Positions 58,107 through 64,000 of a stretch of DNA of 64,000 bases are shown one piece after another. The translations under genes were made by a program, and so were the position numbers. The notes beneath the pieces are model-generated. The model was not told the origin of the DNA. It was given only the letters and a program-made list of their open reading frames with translations, and did not search any database. Source of the stretch: Candidatus Iainarchaeum sp. (GTDB lineage: Archaea > Iainarchaeota > Iainarchaeia > Iainarchaeales > GCA-2688035); contig JAFCCO010000002.1 of NCBI GenBank assembly GCA_017610175.1, forward strand, positions 32,001 to 96,000. Reading direction: 5' to 3'. How positions within the stretch are numbered: position 1 is the first letter of the stretch; the number at the start of each line of letters is the position of its first letter.

Positions 58107-59001
58107 TTGAATGCCCCTTAACCTTTGTGCCCTGCAGTACGTAACCGAATCCAACCGCCAGGAACACTCCGCCCACAATCAAAAGCAGGCCAAACACCTG
58201 CGTTGGGGCAACTTCCTTTCCAAGGAATGCAAACGAAAGCAGGGCGGTTATTGGCTGTGCAAGCAACAGCACTGAAGCCGCCTTGTGAACCGGCAGGTGC
58301 TTTAGTCCTGAGTAGTAAGTGAACACAAATGCAACGAGCAAACCCGATGCAATCAGGGCCCACTGCATTTGTGGAACTGAGAGAGTAAATGCGCTTCCAA
58401 GCTGGTTTGTTGCAACAAGGAATGTGAGAATGAAGATACTTCCAAAAGCCATTCTTCCAAATGCAACTGTCTTCCCGCTCAACTCGCTGAGAACGTGCTT
58501 TGAGAGAACATTTTCTGCGGCCCAAAGAATTGTTGCCGCAAGCACAAGCATCTCAGGAAAACCAAAGGCAGCTATGTTGAAGAGCAGGAAGTTTCCCGCA
58601 AGCAGCATTGCCGCCCCTGCAATCCAGTGTTTGCTGACTTTTTCCCTGAGGAAAACAAGGGCAAAAACCGTTGCCCAAATGAAAAGCGTTTTGTGCAGGA
58701 AGCCCGCGTTTATTGCTGTTGTGAGTTTCAGCGCATAAAAGAACAACAGGAACGGAATTGCCCCCCCAACCAGGCCGATTGCGGCAAGCTTTCCAACCTG
58801 CTTTTTGGAAAGAGCCTTTATTTCATTCAAGTCCTTAAGCAATACAATTAGTGAGAACAGCAATACCGCAACAACCGCGTTTTTCAGGAATGTGAACATA
58901 AACGGATTAAATCCCCTTACCGCAAAGCTGTTTGCAAAAATGCTTACCCCGCTTACAACAGCAGCTAGCATTACAAGCATTAGCCCTTTTCTCTCACTCA
59001 T
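58087..59001 (-). CDS. EamA/DMT family transporter
   Basis: About ten TM helices in two repeats (FFYALK...FLREKV; YYSGLK...FLGKEV). Confidence 0.9.
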   Translation of the reverse strand: MSERKGLMLVMLAAVVSGVSIFANSFAVRGFNPFMFTFLKNAVVAVLLFSLIVLLKDLNEIKALSKKQVGKLAAIGLVGGAIPFLLFFYALKLTTAINAGFLHKTLFIWATVFALVFLREKVSKHWIAGAAMLLAGNFLLFNIAAFGFPEMLVLAATILWAAENVLSKHVLSELSGKTVAFGRMAFGSIFILTFLVATNQLGSAFTLSVPQMQWALIASGLLVAFVFTYYSGLKHLPVHKAASVLLLAQPITALLSFAFLGKEVAPTQVFGLLLIVGGVFLAVGFGYVLQGTKVKGHSIAAERS

Positions 59002-59092
59002 GACACAAAAAAGCGCTTAAAAGGTTAAAAAGATAACGTTTGGCTTGTGGTAAAATGCGTTTGAGCCTTATTTTGTGAATAAAACGCCTGAA

Positions 59093-59998
59093 TTACTTCC
59101 TTCTGAATCGCATTTCCCTCAGTCCGTCTATAATGGCGAGTCTCACGAGGGCCGCGCCAATCCTTTCCTCCGGACTTGAGCGGGCGTACTTTGGCAGAAC
59201 AACCCCTCCATGCTCTGCGAGTTCCTTGATTGTTTTAATCGACTTTGGAAGCTCTTCAATTAGGGAGCGAACTTCCCGTTCTGAAAATTCAGGCAAAGTC
59301 CATTTTACTTTGGGGGATGGGGAATACGATTTCACTCCTTTGTGTGGCACATCCCTTCCGTAAAACATGTAGCCGTTTACTTTTGTTCTTAATCCCTCTA
59401 GCCTGAACATTTGGATTAGGTCGTTGGGAACTGTTCCAATAACTCCTGTGTCAACAAAGGTGATTGGTTTTTTTGTGTTAACCCCCTTTGATTCCATGTA
59501 ACCTAGAAGTTTTTTTCTCATTGCAGGGCTTTGGTGGATTCCGCCAGTAAGCCTTCGCCCTGCCTCGACTATTTTTACATTTTTCCGCTTTACTCCGTTT
59601 GCTTCAGCAAGCCTGAATGCAATCCTGTAAAACGGCCTTGCTCCCCTTCCCAGAAAAACGAGCTGTGTGTTAAGTCTTTGTGCCTTTCTCTCGGCAAAAA
59701 TTGTTTGTACAAAGTCAACCATTTGGGGTAAAAGCTGTTTTGTGCGGCTGTAAATTTTTGCATATCCCTGGACTCGCTCTCTTGTGCGGGTTAAGCCTGC
59801 TTTAGCCAGCCTGTTTGAAAGCCACTTGTCAATTTTTGGGCTTGACATTGTTGGCCTTTTAAGCGGTGCTTTGTTTTGGGCCAGCGCACTTAGCCCCCAC
59901 TTGCCTGAGGCCTTGCTTGCGCCCCTGTGCGGACTCCTTTTCTTTGGGGCAGGCCACATTGATGCCCTGATTCTTCTGCGCTTTTTTGCCACAGCCAT
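59093..59998 (-). CDS. Basic hypothetical protein with an Arg/Lys-rich N-terminus and PRTase-like motifs
   Basis: MAVAKKRRRIRASMWPAPKKRSP; VFLGRGARPFY and ITFVDTGVIGT. Confidence 0.65.
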   Translation of the reverse strand: MAVAKKRRRIRASMWPAPKKRSPHRGASKASGKWGLSALAQNKAPLKRPTMSSPKIDKWLSNRLAKAGLTRTRERVQGYAKIYSRTKQLLPQMVDFVQTIFAERKAQRLNTQLVFLGRGARPFYRIAFRLAEANGVKRKNVKIVEAGRRLTGGIHQSPAMRKKLLGYMESKGVNTKKPITFVDTGVIGTVPNDLIQMFRLEGLRTKVNGYMFYGRDVPHKGVKSYSPSPKVKWTLPEFSEREVRSLIEELPKSIKTIKELAEHGGVVLPKYARSSPEERIGAALVRLAIIDGLREMRFRRK

Positions 59999-60099
59999 AT
60001 GTATTAATAGTTCACTGTACAATTTAAGTATTGCCTTTTTTGCTTTGCGACAAATTCCCTTTTTTAAAGCTAATGTCATCCAATTACTTTGGTGTTTGC

Positions 60100-60651
60100 A
60101 TGAAAAAAATGCTTTTTTTACTGCTTATTTTGTCAATTGCGTTTGCGGGATGCGTTCAGCCCCCTGCCGAGGACGTTAATTCAGACAGTGGCACAGACAC
60201 CCCAAATGGAGTTGATGTTTTAATGGACACCGTTGAAGCCGGAGACAACATTAAGGTTGAATACAGAGGCGAGCTTGAGAACGGGGAAGTTTTTGACGCC
60301 AGCGAAAGGCGCGGGCAGCCACTTGCATTTGCAGCGGGAGCGGGACAGATGATTAAGGGATTTGACGAGGCAGTGATTGGAATGCGCCTCAACCAGGAAA
60401 AAACGGTTACAATTCCTGCGGAGAAGGCTTACGGGCTTCACGATGAAAAGCGCGTTGCAGAGCTCTCCAAAGAAAGCTTTGCCGACTTCTGGGACAGTCT
60501 TGTTGTTGGAATGGTTGTTTCAAGCCCTGAAGCAGGGAACGGAAAGGTCCTTGAACTAAAGGAAAACTCGGCAATAATTGACTTCAACCACAACCTAGCC
60601 GGAAAAACACTTGTTTTCTGGATTAAGGTTGTTGAAATCTCAAAGTCCTGA
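60100..60651 (+). CDS. FKBP-type (SlyD-like) peptidyl-prolyl isomerase, lipoprotein
   Basis: Lipobox-like FAGC, YRGELENGEVFD, MIKGFDEA, AYG, DFNHNLAGKTL. Confidence 0.92.
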   Translation: MKKMLFLLLILSIAFAGCVQPPAEDVNSDSGTDTPNGVDVLMDTVEAGDNIKVEYRGELENGEVFDASERRGQPLAFAAGAGQMIKGFDEAVIGMRLNQEKTVTIPAEKAYGLHDEKRVAELSKESFADFWDSLVVGMVVSSPEAGNGKVLELKENSAIIDFNHNLAGKTLVFWIKVVEISKS

Positions 60652-60662
60652 ATTTTGGGTTA

Positions 60663-60691
60663 GGGCAAATATTAAAAGCCTTTATTTGCCC
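60663..60691. promoter_or_regulatory. 9-bp inverted repeat flanking the tRNA-Leu TATA box
   Basis: GGGCAAATA-TTAAAAGCCTT-TATTTGCCC. Confidence 0.45.
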
Positions 60692-60713
60692 ATATCATTA
60701 CATCACAGTATAT

Positions 60714-60797
60714 GCGGGAGTCCGATAGTGGCCAATTCGGCCAGGTTGAGGGCCTGGTGGCTTAGTGCCTTCGGGAGTTCGAATCTTCCCTCCCGCA
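60714..60797 (+). tRNA. tRNA-Leu(GAG)
   Basis: Acceptor GCGGGAG/CTCCCGC, A73, anticodon arm CCAGG-TTGAGGG-CCTGG, long variable arm. Confidence 0.92.
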
Positions 60798-60821
60798 TTT
60801 AATTTTAACGAAGTTTTTGCA

Positions 60822-61871
60822 ATGACCGAAAAACTTTCACCCGCAACTTTTATTGGTGTCGGGGGCAGCGACATAATTTCTTTTGGTTCGGGGCAGCCTG
60901 ACCTGCCGCCTCCGCATGAAGTTTTTGAATGCATTAAGGACTACAAGTGCTTTAAGTACGGTCCAATCCCTGGCCAGCAGAATTTGCGCGAAGCGCTTGC
61001 AGCGCAGAATCCTGGCTTTTCCTTCGAAAATTTTGTTGTAACAAACGGGGCCTCCGAGGCTCTTGACCTAACTCTTAGGGCAATTGCAAAACCCAAGGAC
61101 AAGATAATGCTCCACGTTCCCTATTATTATTCTTACAAACCGCTGGTTGAAATGAACCATCTTGAACCATCCTTTGTGAATACGGTGGAGGGCAAGATTG
61201 ACATCTCCGATTTTGAGGAAAAGGTCCACAGTGTAAAGGCTGTGCTTATTAATTCTCCAAGCAATCCAACCGGGAGGGTTCAGGGTGTAAAGACCTTAAA
61301 GTTCATTGAGAAGATGACTCGGGACCTTGACATTACGCTCATTTCGGACGAGGTTTACAAGGACCTGATTTACGAGCGAGAGAACTACGCGCTTTCAGGG
61401 CCTCACATTGTAACGGTTAATTCCTTCTCAAAGACTTTCTCAATGTGCGGGCTGCGAATCGGCTACCTTTTCTCAAACGACCTTTCAATTGTGAAAAAAG
61501 CAGTGGACATCAAGACCCATACCTCAATGAACACAAGCATTATTTCGCAGGAAATGGCTCTTGCGGCAACAAGGGTTCCGCACAAGTTTGTTGAACAGCA
61601 GGTAAGCGTTTGGCGTGAGCGCAGGGACACAATCTACCGGGGCCTGCTTGATTTGGGGCTTGAGCTCTGGAAGCCGGAGGGTGCGTTCTATGTGCTGCCC
61701 AAAATTGAAAACTCGGAGCAATTTGTTTTGGACATGTTCAAAAAGCACAAGGTAATAACCTATCCTGGCGAATGGTTTGGTGCGCCTGGAAGAGTGCGTT
61801 TCTCTTACGCCCTTGATAAGGAAAAGATTGAACAGGGATTAAAACGCCTTGGAGAGTATCTCAAGCTCTGA
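60822..61871 (+). CDS. PLP-dependent aminotransferase class I/II
   Basis: GQPD, TNGASEAL, NSPSNPTG, SDEVY, SFSKTFSMCGLRIG, GAFY; ATG at 60822. Confidence 0.93.
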   Translation: MTEKLSPATFIGVGGSDIISFGSGQPDLPPPHEVFECIKDYKCFKYGPIPGQQNLREALAAQNPGFSFENFVVTNGASEALDLTLRAIAKPKDKIMLHVPYYYSYKPLVEMNHLEPSFVNTVEGKIDISDFEEKVHSVKAVLINSPSNPTGRVQGVKTLKFIEKMTRDLDITLISDEVYKDLIYERENYALSGPHIVTVNSFSKTFSMCGLRIGYLFSNDLSIVKKAVDIKTHTSMNTSIISQEMALAATRVPHKFVEQQVSVWRERRDTIYRGLLDLGLELWKPEGAFYVLPKIENSEQFVLDMFKKHKVITYPGEWFGAPGRVRFSYALDKEKIEQGLKRLGEYLKL

Positions 61872-61916
61872 TAAATAGCTTTAAATTTTCCAAAATCCTT
61901 ATTTTTGTGGTTTTAA

Positions 61917-63014
61917 ATGATTGAGACTTTGATTATTTTTGCAATAAGCCTTGCGGTTCTCATTAAGGGCGCGGACTTCATGGTTGATTCGGCCGCGCGT
62001 GTTGCAAAATTGTTTGGCATAAGCGATTTCATGATTGGGCTGACGGTTGTTGCCATTGGAACTTCCTTGCCTGAGCTTGCGGCAAGCCTTACTGCCACTT
62101 TGCAGGGTGACACAGCGCTTGCGATTGGAAACATTCTCGGAAGCAATATCGCAAACTTGGGGCTTGTGATGGGAATAAGCGGCACTCTTGCTGTGATTAA
62201 GTTTGACCGTGAAATTCATAACCGCGACGGCTACTTCATGCTTGTGGTTGTTGCCCTGTTTTACGTTCTTGCATTGGACGGCGTTCTCTCGCTTTGGGAG
62301 GGGGTTGCATTTGTCTGGCTTTTTGCCGCATACCTGCTTTACCTCATTATCACAAAGAAAAAGTTTAGGTACGAGTTCAGGTTCAGGCAGTACCTTAGTG
62401 AATTTATTGGCCTGCGGGGCAAGGAGTTTGTTCCAAGGTTTGACCGGGCTTTCTTTGCAGGGGTTGCCCGTTATGCCCACAGGGAAGTTCTTGCAGGTGT
62501 TTTTTATGAAATAAGGCGCAATCTGACAGTCATTTCAGATGTGCTGTCCCAGCAGATGGCTACAGTGAAATATTTCATTGTGCAGGCACTGCTTTTTTCG
62601 GTCGGGGTTGTTGCCGTTATTGTTGGGGCCGATTTTTTGGTAAAGTCCGCTACAGCCCTTCCAATTCCCGAACTTGTTGTTGGTTTGGTTCTAATAAGTG
62701 TTGGAACTTCCTTGCCCGAGCTTGCGGTTGCAGTTTCCGCGGTTCGAAAAAATTACCCAAACATTATGATTGGGAACGTTATTGGAAGCAATATTGCAAA
62801 CATTCTGATGGTTGCGGGAATTTCCGCAATAGCAGGGCCCCTTGCAATCCCTGGCATTTCGTTAAAGCTGCACTTCCCTTTCCTGTTCATGCTTACCTGG
62901 CTTTTCCTGGTGTTTAGCAAGAACGATTACAAAATCACAAGGATTGAGTCCTTCACTTTTATGCTAATGTATCTTGGCTTTGTTGCTTTTGCATTTATGG
63001 GCTTTCCAGGGTGA
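61917..63014 (+). CDS. Ca2+/Na+ antiporter (YrbG/CaCA family)
   Basis: Two alpha repeats GTSLPEL...GNILGSNIAN / GNVIGSNIAN. Confidence 0.93.
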   Translation: MIETLIIFAISLAVLIKGADFMVDSAARVAKLFGISDFMIGLTVVAIGTSLPELAASLTATLQGDTALAIGNILGSNIANLGLVMGISGTLAVIKFDREIHNRDGYFMLVVVALFYVLALDGVLSLWEGVAFVWLFAAYLLYLIITKKKFRYEFRFRQYLSEFIGLRGKEFVPRFDRAFFAGVARYAHREVLAGVFYEIRRNLTVISDVLSQQMATVKYFIVQALLFSVGVVAVIVGADFLVKSATALPIPELVVGLVLISVGTSLPELAVAVSAVRKNYPNIMIGNVIGSNIANILMVAGISAIAGPLAIPGISLKLHFPFLFMLTWLFLVFSKNDYKITRIESFTFMLMYLGFVAFAFMGFPG

Positions 63015-63502
63015 TTCAATTGAAGATTTTCGTTGCATTCTACAGCAAGAGCGGCACAACAAAAAGGGTTGCTGAGGAAATCGCCGGAGTTTTAACCAAA
63101 AAAAAGCACGCGGTTAAGCTGCATGAAATTGTTCCCGTTGAAAACCTTAAGGCCGCGCGCTATCCAAAGGATGGAAAGGGAATAAGGCTTGCCGAACCCA
63201 TTCTTGAGCTTGCATCATTTGATTTTGTCTTTGTTGGGACACCTGTGTGGGGCTTTTGCCCGGCGTCCCCAACACTTACTTTTCTGCGCCAGCTTAAGGG
63301 GGTTAAGGGAAAGCCGTTTGCACTTTTCAGCACCTGCACAGGCCTTCCCGGAACAACGATTAAGCGAATGGCAAACATTCTTGCAACCAAGGGGGCAAAA
63401 ATTGGCGAGTCCCTCACAGTAAAAAGCATCTTTGAGCTGGACAGGGATGCAGTCAATTCAATCAGGAAATTTGCAGAGAATGCTTTACTCAAAGTCCCTT
63501 AA
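63011..63502 (+). CDS. Flavodoxin family protein
   Basis: YSKSGTTKRVA, VGTPVW, FALFST. Confidence 0.88.
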   Translation: MIQLKIFVAFYSKSGTTKRVAEEIAGVLTKKKHAVKLHEIVPVENLKAARYPKDGKGIRLAEPILELASFDFVFVGTPVWGFCPASPTLTFLRQLKGVKGKPFALFSTCTGLPGTTIKRMANILATKGAKIGESLTVKSIFELDRDAVNSIRKFAENALLKVP

Positions 63503-64000
63503 CTGCTCAACTATTTCCGACGCAATTTCGAACTCTTCGTCTTCGCTTATTTTCTTTTTCTTTTTCGAAGCCTTTTTTCTCTGTGATTCAACCGATGAAA
63601 GCCTTTCCTTGAGCTCACCCATTACGTGGTTTACATCTTCTTCACCGTAAATTTCTTTCACCTGTGCCTCAAGCTCAATTAGCTTCTGTTTTCTGTCGCG
63701 AATAAGCTTTTGGTAGGTTGGCCCGTCAATTTTTCTTTTCAGGTAAAGCTTTTGCGTGATATCCATTTCTTTCAGGAGACGCCTTTTGCCGCTAAGCAGT
63801 TCGTTTACAATGTGCCTTTTTTTTGCCGCAAGTTCCTTTATCTGCGGGTCCTCAATTTTTTCAGGGAATGTTTCCTTGTTGAACTTTTCATCAATCTGCG
63901 CTTCCAACTCAATTAGCCTTGTTTGCTTTTCGCGAAAAATTTCAATAAAGTCCTTTTTGCTCAACTGCCTTTTCATGTATTGTTTTTCAAGCAGTGAAAT
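63485..64000 (-). CDS. Coiled-coil hypothetical protein, 5' part beyond the window end
   Basis: Frame open to 64000; repeated motif Y(M/L)KR...LIELEAQ. Confidence 0.7.
   Translation of the reverse strand: MSLLEKQYMKRQLSKKDFIEIFREKQTRLIELEAQIDEKFNKETFPEKIEDPQIKELAAKKRHIVNELLSGKRRLLKEMDITQKLYLKRKIDGPTYQKLIRDRKQKLIELEAQVKEIYGEEDVNHVMGELKERLSSVESQRKKASKKKKKISEDEEFEIASEIVEQLRDFE

Noticed and set aside
60765-60821. N-terminal extension of the aminotransferase in the ORF track
   Set aside because: Overlaps tRNA-Leu; the ATG at 60822 is the credible start

Overview
Archaeal chromosomal segment, most consistent with a DPANN lineage such as Diapherotrites/Iainarchaeota (inference from TATA-type promoters, a bulge-helix-bulge tRNA intron and archaeal S-layer/HTH families alongside many bacterial-type anabolic genes). 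It carries a complete trpEGDCFBA operon, purine genes (guaA, purB, purC, purE, purN, purH), folate and one-carbon genes (folC, glyA, folD, gcvT-H-PA-PB, lipA, split lplA), cimA, thrC, cysS, glmS, ABC/ECF and other transporters, five tRNAs and two toxin-antitoxin pairs. The most notable observations are: (1) short leader peptides starting about 24 nt after the TATA box upstream of both the trp operon and cimA, each with the pathway's product amino acid at codon 9. The cimA leader codons pair with the cimA ribosome-binding site, and the trp leader also holds a W-L-W-A-W peptide and an embedded tRNA-Trp, suggesting ribosome-mediated attenuation in an archaeon. (2) A glmS-GNAT-[HAD-GlmR/YvcK fusion] operon that may be an alternative UDP-GlcNAc route. 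(3) A tRNA-Ser intron whose sequence is duplicated just downstream of the tRNA. No CRISPR array, rRNA, integrase or transposase was recognised. All calls were made by eye, without database searches.
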